Shown: positions 10,520-19,013 of the stretch, in pieces | Layout of the letters: each line of letters opens with the position of its first letter | Numbering within the stretch: position 1 is the stretch's first letter | Origin: Candidatus Doudnabacteria bacterium | GTDB taxonomy: Bacteria; Patescibacteriota; Doudnabacteria; UBA920 | Length of the DNA: 64,000 bases | Assembly (NCBI GenBank): GCA_003151625.1 | Contig: PLYC01000020.1 | Coordinates: 28,981-92,980, forward strand | Direction of reading: 5' to 3' | Notes under the pieces: generated by a model | The model's database searches: none | What the model was told of the DNA's origin: nothing | The model's input: the letters and a program-made list of their open reading frames with translations, nothing else | Position numbers and translations under genes: made by a program

Positions 10520-12019
10520 ATGGTCAAAAAAGCAAGAGATTTTTTTTCTAGTGAAACGCGTGTCGCCAGAGTTATTTATGGCGGCTTAATGTTGGTTATT
10601 TTTGGTTTTGTTTTTGGTCCATCGGTGATGGCTCAATTTTATCGCAATACACAGACAACCGGTTATGGCTATGGAACCGGTTATGGTTATGGCTACGGCT
10701 CCGGTCCTGATGGTGGTGCAAATGGATATAGGATTAATGGTAGCGCACCACTTACTGAATACGGCTACGGCTACGGATTTGGAGCGGAACCGGTCGTTGC
10801 GTTTACCAGTACCTATAGCCAGACCGTTACCGTCGGAAGCGTCGCTACCTTTACCGCGCACGCCACGGATACTGATGTCACCACTCCGGGTGTTGCCATT
10901 GCCTATAACTCCAGCGACAAGCCCGCTGGCGCTACCCTCAATTCCTCGACAGGCGCGTTCTCATGGGACACGACCGGAATTACACCTAACCCCTATACTT
11001 TCACGGTGACGGCGGCCGGCAACACCGGCGGCTTGGCTAGCCAGAGTGTCACTATTACCGTCAACGCGGTTTCAAACAGCGGCGGTAATAACGGTAGCAG
11101 CGGCGGCGGTAGCAGCGGCGGCGGCTATGCCATGCCAACGGCCAGTTTTACTACCAATTACAGCCAGATAATTTTGGGACAATCCGCTACTTTGACATGG
11201 ACAACCACTAACGCCACTGCCGTTAGCATCAACCAAGGCATTGGGACTGTCGGTACTTCCGGCACAACAATCGTTACTCCTACCAGCACCACCACTTATA
11301 TTTTAACCGCTACCGGTTCCGGCGGGACCACAACTCAAACGGTAACTGTGACCATAGGTTCAAGTATGGTGGTATCTACTCCTGCAAACCCTTCTTCGGG
11401 GCTCCAATTGCCGGGCGCAGGTGTTGCCGGGGCGCACACTCCGGGATCGGTAATTTTGACCACGGACGGGACAGTTTGGTTCATTACATTGGACAATACC
11501 CGCCGAGCCTTTACTTCGGCCGGAGCGTTTCTGTCATACGGCTACTTGTCATTCAGTCAGGTAGTTGACGCTAACGCGGTGGATTTGACTTTGCCGCAAG
11601 GCACGTTTATTCCTCCTATGGATGGTAAAGTTGTCTGTTCGGACCGCAACGACTCCTATGCCGTAAAAGGCACCTGCTATTTAATAACCAACGGCGAAAA
11701 GGCGGCTTTTACTTCCGCTAAAGTCTTTACCGCTTTGGGTTTTAAGTTCAGCCATACAACCAAAGGCGATGTATCATTCTTGACCCCAGATGCAAATATA
11801 AGCAATGTAGCCTTAGCACACCGCCCGGGCGTATTGGTTAATAACAAAGGCACTGTCCAGCTAGTTGGAATGAACGGCTTAATGGGTATCCCTACCATGA
11901 GTGTGCTTGGTTCTTGGGGCTACACTTTGGCCGACGTTGTCCCGGCCAATGCCGCGGATAAAGCCATAACCCAATCCGGCGTTATGCCTACCCGTATAAC
12001 CGGACAGCTTAGCCCGTAG
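10520..12019 (+). CDS. Secreted Thr/Gly-rich surface protein (YG repeats, Ig-like/PKD-like domains, repeated C-terminal module)
   Basis: N-terminal hydrophobic signal; GYGYGTGYGYGYG; PAGATLNSSTGAFSW (He_PIG-like); GQSATLTWTTTNA...TTTYILTATG; C-terminal GTVWFIT..RRAFTS / GTCYLIT..KAAFTS repeats. Confidence 0.75.
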   Translation: MVKKARDFFSSETRVARVIYGGLMLVIFGFVFGPSVMAQFYRNTQTTGYGYGTGYGYGYGSGPDGGANGYRINGSAPLTEYGYGYGFGAEPVVAFTSTYSQTVTVGSVATFTAHATDTDVTTPGVAIAYNSSDKPAGATLNSSTGAFSWDTTGITPNPYTFTVTAAGNTGGLASQSVTITVNAVSNSGGNNGSSGGGSSGGGYAMPTASFTTNYSQIILGQSATLTWTTTNATAVSINQGIGTVGTSGTTIVTPTSTTTYILTATGSGGTTTQTVTVTIGSSMVVSTPANPSSGLQLPGAGVAGAHTPGSVILTTDGTVWFITLDNTRRAFTSAGAFLSYGYLSFSQVVDANAVDLTLPQGTFIPPMDGKVVCSDRNDSYAVKGTCYLITNGEKAAFTSAKVFTALGFKFSHTTKGDVSFLTPDANISNVALAHRPGVLVNNKGTVQLVGMNGLMGIPTMSVLGSWGYTLADVVPANAADKAITQSGVMPTRITGQLSP

Positions 12020-12046
12020 AAAGTAGAAATTGAGAAATTGGATTAA
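11945..12046 (+). repeat. Direct repeat copy 1: last 24 codons, stop and 3' UTR of the surface protein gene
   Basis: Aligns with 13024-13140; 7 of 24 codons differ. Confidence 0.95.
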
Positions 12047-12080
12047 CCCCGCCCCGAGCGAAGTCGAGGGGCGGGGTTTT
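12045..12080 (+). terminator. Intrinsic terminator
   Basis: AACCCCGCCCC / GGGGCGGGGTT arms ending in a short T tract. Confidence 0.75.
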
Positions 12081-12092
12081 GATATTGTGGCA

Positions 12093-12121
12093 TTGATTTT
12101 TTCTTTAATTTTTGCTATAAT
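12093..12121 (+). promoter_or_regulatory. Promoter of TA-like operon
   Basis: TTGATT-17 nt-TATAAT with extended TG. Confidence 0.6.
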
Positions 12122-12153
12122 TAGAGCAGAATTAAAGAAAATTCCATAGCATT

Positions 12154-12357
12154 ATGCCTCGTAATTGGTCTGCTGACGAAGCAAAAATTAAAGAAAAAGG
12201 ACAACGAACACATACCATTTGGAAATTGGAACAGATGGTGAATTTTGGTTTGGTGAACGGGGAAAAAATCAAAGCGTCTGAACTTAGGAAATATTGGAAG
12301 AATTTAAATTTGGACAAAGAGCGCAAAAAAACGGTGGAATTTTTAATGAACAATTAG
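12154..12357 (+). CDS. Small putative antitoxin (67 aa)
   Basis: Stop lies 1 nt before the NTase start; own promoter; basic helical sequence WKLEQMVNFGL. Confidence 0.65.
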   Translation: MPRNWSADEAKIKEKGQRTHTIWKLEQMVNFGLVNGEKIKASELRKYWKNLNLDKERKKTVEFLMNN

Positions 12358-12358
12358 A

Positions 12359-13018
12359 ATGCAAAATAAAATATTAACCGCAGAACAAATTGCAATCCTG
12401 GAATATTTGGGGAAAGACAAATTTTTTGCCAAACAATTTTATTTGACCGGCGGCACCCCATTGGCCGCTTTTTATTTGCGTCATAGGTACAGCGAAGATT
12501 TGGATTTTTTTTCCGAACAGGAAGTAGATCCGGTTTCTGTTAGAGTCTTGCTGAAAGGCTTCAAAGCGGGCGCGGGGATAACGAGAATAGATTTTCAGCA
12601 AAGCATGAACAGGAATTTATTTTTTTTAGAGTTCGGCAAAGATACTCTTAAGACAGAGTTTACTTACTTTCCTTTTCCCAGGATTGAAAAAGGAAGGGTG
12701 AAATACGGCCTAAGCGTGGATAGCGCGATAGACATTGCCGTCAATAAACTTTTTACCATTTATCAGCGCAATAAAGCCAGGGACTACATTGATTTGTATA
12801 TGCTATGTAAAAATTATGAGTTTGGCATAGTGGATTTAATCAAATTGGCCAAATTAAAGTTTGACTGGCATATTGAACCTATACAGTTAGCCACCCAGTT
12901 TTTAAAAGCGGAAACAGCGGCGGAATACCCGAGAATGCTGGTTAAGATGCCGGATGCGGAATGGCAAGATTTTTTTCGTGGAGAAGCAAAAAAAATAAAA
13001 CCGGAAATAATTCAGTAA
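12359..13018 (+). CDS. AbiEii/MenT-like (DUF1814-type) nucleotidyltransferase toxin
   Basis: FYLTGGTPLAAFYLRHRYSEDLDFF, NKL...R..ARDYIDLY motifs. Confidence 0.88.
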   Translation: MQNKILTAEQIAILEYLGKDKFFAKQFYLTGGTPLAAFYLRHRYSEDLDFFSEQEVDPVSVRVLLKGFKAGAGITRIDFQQSMNRNLFFLEFGKDTLKTEFTYFPFPRIEKGRVKYGLSVDSAIDIAVNKLFTIYQRNKARDYIDLYMLCKNYEFGIVDLIKLAKLKFDWHIEPIQLATQFLKAETAAEYPRMLVKMPDAEWQDFFRGEAKKIKPEIIQ

Positions 13019-13023
13019 TTAAC

Positions 13024-13140
13024 GCCAATGCCGCGGATAAAACCATCCAGCAGTCCGGCGTTATGTCTGCCCGCATAACCGGACAGCTTAGCCCGTAGAA
13101 AGTAGAAATTGAGAAATAAGGAAATTGAGAAATTGGATAA
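13024..13140 (+). repeat. Direct repeat copy 2: orphan, diverged 3' end of the surface protein gene
   Basis: Translates ANAADKTIQQSGVMSARITGQLSP* versus ANAADKAITQSGVMPTRITGQLSP*; UTR has an extra GAAATTGAGAAAT unit. Confidence 0.95.
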
Positions 13141-13183
13141 ACAAGGTAATAATGGACATCGTTGTGCCGCACAGTGATGCCCA

Positions 13184-13229
13184 TTATTCACATAGGATTA
13201 TTGACACGGTTTTAGTAAGGCGATACAAT
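13184..13229 (+). promoter_or_regulatory. Promoter of the ligase operon with DnaA-box-like site
   Basis: TTATTCACA 13184-13192; TTGACA(13201)-17 nt-TACAAT(13224). Confidence 0.65.
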
Positions 13230-13253
13230 AAGTAGGCAATTAAATACAAAATT

Positions 13254-13631
13254 ATGGAATTAACCAGGGAACATTTTGATAAAGCCGTAAAAGATTTGGC
13301 TACTCAAGAGAGTGTGGAAGATTTGGGTAAAACCGTAGCTCAAATTAATTTGACTGTTAATACTCATACTGCCGGCTTTAAACAACTTGACGGGAAAGCT
13401 GATCGCACCGCCGTGTTGGCCGCTAACCTGGTAGAAGAATTCCATGAAGTTCCGGCAACCCTTAAATCAATCGTGCGAACTCTGGATAGCCACACCGCTG
13501 TTTTAGAGCAGCGTCTTTCAAAAAAGAAAGCCAAAGATGAAGAAAAAACTGTATCCGTTGAACGATTTGACCGTTTGGAACATTGGGCAGCCTTAGTCGG
13601 CAAAAAACTTGGCATTAAGCTGGAATTATAA
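13254..13631 (+). CDS. Hypothetical coiled-coil protein
   Basis: Downstream of a near-consensus promoter; stop directly abuts next ATG. Confidence 0.7.
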   Translation: MELTREHFDKAVKDLATQESVEDLGKTVAQINLTVNTHTAGFKQLDGKADRTAVLAANLVEEFHEVPATLKSIVRTLDSHTAVLEQRLSKKKAKDEEKTVSVERFDRLEHWAALVGKKLGIKLEL

Positions 13632-15851
13632 ATGAACAAAAAATTTGTTTCTTTTGTGTTTATCGGTTTGGTGGCTTTGACTTTGCTGACCCCTTTTTGG
13701 GTATTTAAAGATTTGTTGTTTCCATTTGTAACCTCCAAAGCTTTTTATTTGCGCATTTTGGTGGAATTAACCCTGCCGTTTTATTTATTTTTATTTTTGC
13801 GTTATCCCGAATACCGGCCTTCATTTAAAAACCCCTTGACCATTTCCGTATTGGCCTTTTTTTTGTTTAACTTAATTTCCGGCTTGTTTGGGGTTAACCC
13901 GTTGCGAAGTATTTGGGGGAACTTTGAACGTATGGGCGGCGTGTTTTATTTAGGCCATTTAGTATTGCTTTATTTTTATGTGCTTATGATTGGCCAGATG
14001 AATGCCCGTTATTTGCGTTTATTTTTGCAGATTTTAGTCGGCATTGGAGTTACTTTGTCTTTAGACGGAGCAATGGTTCAACTGACGCATAACAATTTTT
14101 TGCTCAACGATCCTTCTTACCCGCGGGTTTCCGGCACCTTTGGCAACCCAATTTTTATTGCCAGCTTTTTGGTTATTCCAATGTTTTTGGCCGCATTTTT
14201 TGCCGTATCGGAAGAGGCGGTTTGGAAAAAAATTATGTATTGGATTTTTGTTTTGCTTCAGGCCTGGGTTATATTTTTAAGCGGAACCCGTGGTAGCATA
14301 GTGGGCTTGGGTATTGGTATATTTGTAGCTGCGGTTTTGTTTGTAATTTTAAACCCGGTGAAAAAAATAAGACTTTGGGGCGGAACCGGAGTGGCTGGAT
14401 TCGGGCTGGTTGTTGTTATGCTGTTTGCTTTCCACTCGCATTTGCCGCAAGGGGGGATGCTCCACCGCGTGTTTAATCTTAAAGACACCAACACCGAAGC
14501 CCGGTTGGTGCAGTGGGGCGTGGCTTTAAAGGGTTATAAAGACCATCCGCTGCTTGGCGTAGGGCCGGAAAACTATTATTTTATTGCTAATAAATATTAC
14601 AATCCCCAAATTTATCAGTATGACCCAAGCTGGTTTGACAAGCCGCACAATTATTTAATAGAAGTTTTGGTGACCAGCGGGATTTTTGGTTTTGCGGCGT
14701 ACGCGGCTATACTGGGACTGTCTTTATGGGCGCTGTGGGCGGCGTTTAGAAAAAATATTTTGTTGTTAAGCGAATTTTGTTTGTTGGTTTGCGGGCTTAT
14801 AGTTTACCAAATCCAGAATATGTTTGTGTTCGATACTGTGGGCGCCAGTATGGCCTTCTTTCTTTACATTGGTTTTATGGGTTATTTATGGCATGAGGCG
14901 TACGCGGGGGATGGGGATGCTAAAAAGAAATCTTCGGGTTTAAATTCCCTGTTTTGCAATGTGGTCTTTGGCGTCTCGGCTGTAGTAATGTTGTACGTAG
15001 TTTATTTGGGTAATATTACCGGAATGCAGGTTGCCAAAGACGTAAATTATGGCTATGCCTACGCCACCGTAGATCCGCAAATTGCCAAGGGTTATTTTAC
15101 GCAGGGACAGAATTCACCGTTTAATTTTGATCCTGTCCAGTTTTCCTCAAAGTACGCGGATTTTGCCGTTACGCTTTCTACAAACCCTCCCACGGGCACC
15201 ACAGGGCAGTTTATTAGCCAAAACCTGCAGGATGCGATTAACGCCCAGCAGGAGGCCATAAACCGCGTGCCTAACGACCCAACGGCCTGGCAGTCGCTGT
15301 CCAATTTATATTTGGCCGCCTCGGTTTATAACAAAACCGCTTTAGACCCCAAAGCGGTACAGGCCGCGCAAACCGCTATGGATTTGGCTCCCAGGCGGCC
15401 GGAGCCGGAAGAAATGATGGCTCGCCTTGATATTTCGCAAAATAATCTTACCGCGGCCGCGAGTCTGTATGAAAAAATTGTTTCCGACATTCCTCAAAAT
15501 AATCAGGCCAAACTTCAGTTGGCTATGATTTATTATTATGCCGGCCAGCAGGACAAAGCCCTGCCGCTGGGATTGGCAGTTTTGGATTCCGGGTACGCGC
15601 CAACTCAAACCAGCCAAATTAACTGGATGGGAATTATATACGACAAGCAAAACAATTTTGCCATGGCCGCGAACATTTACGAACTTGCCGTAAAAATTGA
15701 CTCAACCGACTTGCAGGACCAGTGGGCTCTGGCGCAAGACTACGCTAAAATCGGCAAAAAAGACCAGGCCATAGCCATTGCCCAGTCTTTAATAACCGCC
15801 GACCCAACCGACGCCCAGCATTTTAAGGACTTTATAAATTCGTTAAAGTAA
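13632..15851 (+). CDS. O-antigen ligase / oligosaccharyltransferase-like membrane protein with C-terminal TPRs
   Basis: RVSGTFGNP, LSGTRGS, HPLLGVGPENY, DKPHNYLIE (Wzy_C/WaaL motifs); about 12 TM; TPR-like helices. Confidence 0.88.
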   Translation: MNKKFVSFVFIGLVALTLLTPFWVFKDLLFPFVTSKAFYLRILVELTLPFYLFLFLRYPEYRPSFKNPLTISVLAFFLFNLISGLFGVNPLRSIWGNFERMGGVFYLGHLVLLYFYVLMIGQMNARYLRLFLQILVGIGVTLSLDGAMVQLTHNNFLLNDPSYPRVSGTFGNPIFIASFLVIPMFLAAFFAVSEEAVWKKIMYWIFVLLQAWVIFLSGTRGSIVGLGIGIFVAAVLFVILNPVKKIRLWGGTGVAGFGLVVVMLFAFHSHLPQGGMLHRVFNLKDTNTEARLVQWGVALKGYKDHPLLGVGPENYYFIANKYYNPQIYQYDPSWFDKPHNYLIEVLVTSGIFGFAAYAAILGLSLWALWAAFRKNILLLSEFCLLVCGLIVYQIQNMFVFDTVGASMAFFLYIGFMGYLWHEAYAGDGDAKKKSSGLNSLFCNVVFGVSAVVMLYVVYLGNITGMQVAKDVNYGYAYATVDPQIAKGYFTQGQNSPFNFDPVQFSSKYADFAVTLSTNPPTGTTGQFISQNLQDAINAQQEAINRVPNDPTAWQSLSNLYLAASVYNKTALDPKAVQAAQTAMDLAPRRPEPEEMMARLDISQNNLTAAASLYEKIVSDIPQNNQAKLQLAMIYYYAGQQDKALPLGLAVLDSGYAPTQTSQINWMGIIYDKQNNFAMAANIYELAVKIDSTDLQDQWALAQDYAKIGKKDQAIAIAQSLITADPTDAQHFKDFINSLK

Positions 15852-15891
15852 TCTCCACAGATACACGGATAGGGACAGATGGCACAGATAA

Positions 15892-15955
15892 AAAATAGCA
15901 CGATTTTAACCTGCCTCGCCGGCAAGGCGGCCGGCCGTTAAAATCGTGCTATTTT
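15892..15955. terminator. Bidirectional hairpin between convergent genes
   Basis: 19-bp perfect arms AAAATAGCACGATTTTAAC / GTTAAAATCGTGCTATTTT around a GC-rich inner palindrome; preceded by CACAGAT-like tandem units (15856-15890). Confidence 0.75.
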
Positions 15956-17145
15956 AAAATAGGTTCATATTTTTTTATCAAAAGCTTATAAACCTCTTCC
16001 GTTTCCGCGAACATTTTTTCTTCGGTAAAAAGGCTGGCTCTTTCCCGCGCCAATCGGGAAAGGACTGATCTTTTTTCTTGATCATCGGCAATCTTCACAA
16101 TAGCCTCAGTTAAAGCTTGTGGGTTTTCGGGATCGATTAAAATTCCCGCGTTGCCCAAAGCCTCCGGAATTCCACCCACATTAGTGGCAATTATGGGCAG
16201 ACCCGCCTGTATGGCTTCCAGTAGGGCATAGGGGAACCCTTCCTTGCGAGAAGGCATAATAAGGCAGTCAAAGGCTTTTAGATACCTACCCGCTTCCGAA
16301 ATTTTTCCTAACAGGGTTACATTGTTTCCTAATTCATAATTCATAATTCTTAATTCAAGTTCCCTGCGTTCCGGCCCATCGCCAATAATCACAAATTGGC
16401 ATTTGTCGCGCGTTTCTTTTCCTAATACGGCTATGGCTTGCAGTAACACGTCCAGCCCCTTGGTCTTGTAAAAACTGGCCACGGTGCCGAAGGTTAATTT
16501 ACCTTTAAAACCCTCACCCCGGCCCTCTCCCAAAGGGAGAGGGAGGGGAACAGGGGACAAGTTTAACGCGCCTCTGGCTTCGTCAGCCGTAAAAAAATCT
16601 ATTGGGCCAATGCCGTTGTGAACGATTTGAATTTTCTCGGGCGCGATTAAATTATATTCCAGCGCGGAACTTCTGTCGGCGTCGGAAACGGTAATAATAA
16701 AATCGCGGAAACTGGAAGCGGTTTTTTCCAAAGAAAGATACAGTGATTTAATTGACCAGGGAAGAGTTTCGTTGAAGATAAATCCGTGAGCGGTAAACAC
16801 GGTTTTCTTTTTTAGTCCCATAGCGGCAAAGCTTCCCAATATTCCGGCTTTGGAGGAATTTAAATGCACAATATCGGGTTCGTAAGTTTTAATCAGTTCA
16901 CGAATTTCCCAGACCGCCAAAACGTCCTGCCAAGGGTCAATCCTCCGTTTTAAATGTTTTAATTCAAAAGTTTTTAGTCCGGCTCTTTGAGCATCAATAA
17001 AAAGCTTGCCGGCTTCGTTGCTCGCAGAGTCTGAGCCCGCCCTATGACCCGCCGCTATTGCCCCGTTAAAATGTTTGGCCAAAGCTAAAGTATAATTTTG
17101 TGCCCCGCCGCCATCGGCTTGAGTTATGATATATAGAATTTTCAT
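15949..17145 (-). CDS. Glycosyltransferase family 4 (with in-frame repeat-derived insertions)
   Basis: GGGAQ, HLNSSKAG, EGFPYALLEA, TNVGGIPE. Confidence 0.9.
   Translation of the reverse strand: MKILYIITQADGGGAQNYTLALAKHFNGAIAAGHRAGSDSASNEAGKLFIDAQRAGLKTFELKHLKRRIDPWQDVLAVWEIRELIKTYEPDIVHLNSSKAGILGSFAAMGLKKKTVFTAHGFIFNETLPWSIKSLYLSLEKTASSFRDFIITVSDADRSSALEYNLIAPEKIQIVHNGIGPIDFFTADEARGALNLSPVPLPLPLGEGRGEGFKGKLTFGTVASFYKTKGLDVLLQAIAVLGKETRDKCQFVIIGDGPERRELELRIMNYELGNNVTLLGKISEAGRYLKAFDCLIMPSRKEGFPYALLEAIQAGLPIIATNVGGIPEALGNAGILIDPENPQALTEAIVKIADDQEKRSVLSRLARERASLFTEEKMFAETEEVYKLLIKKYEPILK
16511..16558. repeat. REP-like palindrome inside the GT4 coding sequence
   Basis: CCCTCACCCCGGCCCTCTCCCAAAGGGAGAGGG encodes PLPLGEGRGEG. 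Confidence 0.75.
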
Positions 17146-17170
17146 TAATCTAATTGTACCCTATATTTAT

Positions 17171-17199
17171 TTGATTTAAAAGGCCATAAATGGTAAAAT
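17171..17199 (+). promoter_or_regulatory. Promoter of transaldolase / plus-strand glycan cluster
   Basis: TTGATT-17 nt-TAAAAT with extended TG. Confidence 0.55.
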
Positions 17200-17233
17200 T
17201 TAGTAAGTCGTTGATTAATTAATTAAATTTTTT

Positions 17234-17917
17234 ATGAAAATATTTTTAGATTCAGCAAATTTAGAAGCGCTTAAACAATACCTGGTAATTGAGGGGATGA
17301 CCACAAATCCCACCATAATGTTTAAAGCCGGGGTTACGGATTACCAGGGGTTTGCCAAAACCGTGCTTTCAGCCGTTGGTGATATGCCAATTTCCTTTGA
17401 GGTTTTTGCCGACGATTTTCCGGAAATGGAGCGCCAAGCCAGGCTAATAAACAGCTGGGGAGGGAATGTCTACATTAAAATTCCTATTACCAACACCAAA
17501 GGAGAAAGTTCACTGCCCCTGATAAGGACTCTTTTGGATAGCGGATTAAAACTAAATGTAACGGCAATTTTAACCGAACAGCAGGTAGAGTCCCTTCATT
17601 CTATTATGAATTCCAAAGACGATGTCATTGTTTCTATTTTTGCCGGACGAATCGCGGACACTGGACTGGATCCGGAACCTTTAATGAAGCAGTCCGTGGA
17701 AAAGTATAAAGATTTACCAAAGGCCAAAATACTTTGGGCCAGCTGTAGGGAAGTACTTAATATTTACCAGGCCCAAAATTGTGGTTGCCATATTATTACC
17801 GTGCCCGAAGACTACTTAAAGAAATTACAAATGAAAGGCAAAAATTTGGCCGAGCTTTCTTTGGATACCGTTAAAATGTTCTACGCCGATTCGCAAAAGG
17901 CCGGGTTTAAGCTGTAA
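17234..17917 (+). CDS. tal: Transaldolase (short TalC/FSA-type)
   Basis: IFLDSAN, GMTTNPT, ISFEVF, YIKIP Schiff-base Lys, NVTA, SIFAGRIAD. Confidence 0.9.
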   Translation: MKIFLDSANLEALKQYLVIEGMTTNPTIMFKAGVTDYQGFAKTVLSAVGDMPISFEVFADDFPEMERQARLINSWGGNVYIKIPITNTKGESSLPLIRTLLDSGLKLNVTAILTEQQVESLHSIMNSKDDVIVSIFAGRIADTGLDPEPLMKQSVEKYKDLPKAKILWASCREVLNIYQAQNCGCHIITVPEDYLKKLQMKGKNLAELSLDTVKMFYADSQKAGFKL

Positions 17918-17976
17918 TAAAGTGAAGAGTTCTTAATTACGATTTTACTTGGGTATAGTTTTGGGAATCCTCTCTT

Positions 17977-18083
17977 GTGTCATGCCGACCGACGACGAGT
18001 GCATCCGAGGAGGAGCGGAGGGACCCCTTATCCTCTAATTATTAAGGGATTCCTCGGCTCGTCTGACTCGCTCGGAATGACAC
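17977..18083. repeat. Palindromic intergenic element (GTCAT...ATGAC, RPE/REPIN-like)
   Basis: GTGTCATGCCGA / TCGGAATGACAC terminal arms; inner CCCTTA / TAAGGG stem. Confidence 0.75.
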
Positions 18084-18117
18084 ACTGGCTGGAGTCGGTG
18101 CTTTTTAATCTTTTATA

Positions 18118-18909
18118 ATGAAACTTATAAGTCTAAATTTGTGGGGCGGATATCAGGGCCAGGTTTTGTTCGATTTTCTTAAAGAACAATCCGCGGACAC
18201 TGATATTTTTTGTTTCCAGGAAGTTTTTCGGTCCTCATTTAAGCAAAGCCCTGAAGGTTTTTCGGGTCGAGCAAATTTATTTTCGGAACTGTGCGAATTG
18301 TTGCCGGATCACGAAGGTCATTTTGAAAAAACTTCGCAAAATCACGATAACCTAAAACTAAAAATGGTGGATTTCCCCGTGGACGGAGGGCAGGCGATAT
18401 TCGTAAAAAAAGTTCTTAAGGCCGCGGCTCAAAACACTGTTAAAATTTACGAAGGAATGGGTCGGCCGGTAGATCCAACCAAGGAAAATTTGCCTACCTC
18501 TTTACAAAATGTAGAAATAAAAATAAACGGGAAACTTTTACAGGTTTATAATTATCACGGTATTACTTTTCCCGGCAATAAGCTGGATACGCCCGAAAGG
18601 CTGGAGCAATCAAGTAAAATTGTAAAGGCCATTTCAGTCGCGGAAGGCGAAAAAATTTTGTGCGGGGATTTTAATTTAACAATTAACACCGAAAGTGTAA
18701 ACATTTTGGCGTCCGCGATGAAAGATCTTATAAAAGAGTTTTATATTAAGAACACTCGAAACGAAATTTCCTGGAAAATATATAACAACAAACAGAATTT
18801 TGCGGATTTTACTTTTGTCTCCCTGGGTGTAAAAGCCAAAAATTTTGAAGTCCCATATACTCTTATTTCCGACCATTTGCCGATGATATTAGAGTTTGAT
18901 ATTATATAA
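18118..18909 (+). CDS. Endonuclease/exonuclease/phosphatase (EEP) family protein
   Basis: ISLNLW, DIFCFQEV, ILCGDFN, ADFTF, SDHLPM. Confidence 0.9.
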   Translation: MKLISLNLWGGYQGQVLFDFLKEQSADTDIFCFQEVFRSSFKQSPEGFSGRANLFSELCELLPDHEGHFEKTSQNHDNLKLKMVDFPVDGGQAIFVKKVLKAAAQNTVKIYEGMGRPVDPTKENLPTSLQNVEIKINGKLLQVYNYHGITFPGNKLDTPERLEQSSKIVKAISVAEGEKILCGDFNLTINTESVNILASAMKDLIKEFYIKNTRNEISWKIYNNKQNFADFTFVSLGVKAKNFEVPYTLISDHLPMILEFDII

Positions 18910-19004
18910 AGGTTCATTGGAGAACTGACAAGGTATTGGACCTTTCTTAGCCCCTCGGTTCGGTCCCGCCTCGGCGGGACACTCGTTCTACGAAACTCAA
19001 TAGA
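18904..19004 (+). repeat. Dispersed structured element, copy C (diverged)
   Basis: TAAAGGTTC...AGGTATTGGACCT..TTAGCCCCTCGGTTCGG-[GTCCCGCC TC GGCGGGAC]-ACTCGTTCTACG. Confidence 0.7.
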
Positions 19005-19013
19005 CATAACTTT

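Noticed and set aside
11945-13140. Diversity-generating retroelement VR/TR pair at a surface-protein C-terminus
   Set aside because: Mismatches are not confined to adenines in either copy or strand, several are synonymous, and no reverse transcriptase is in the window
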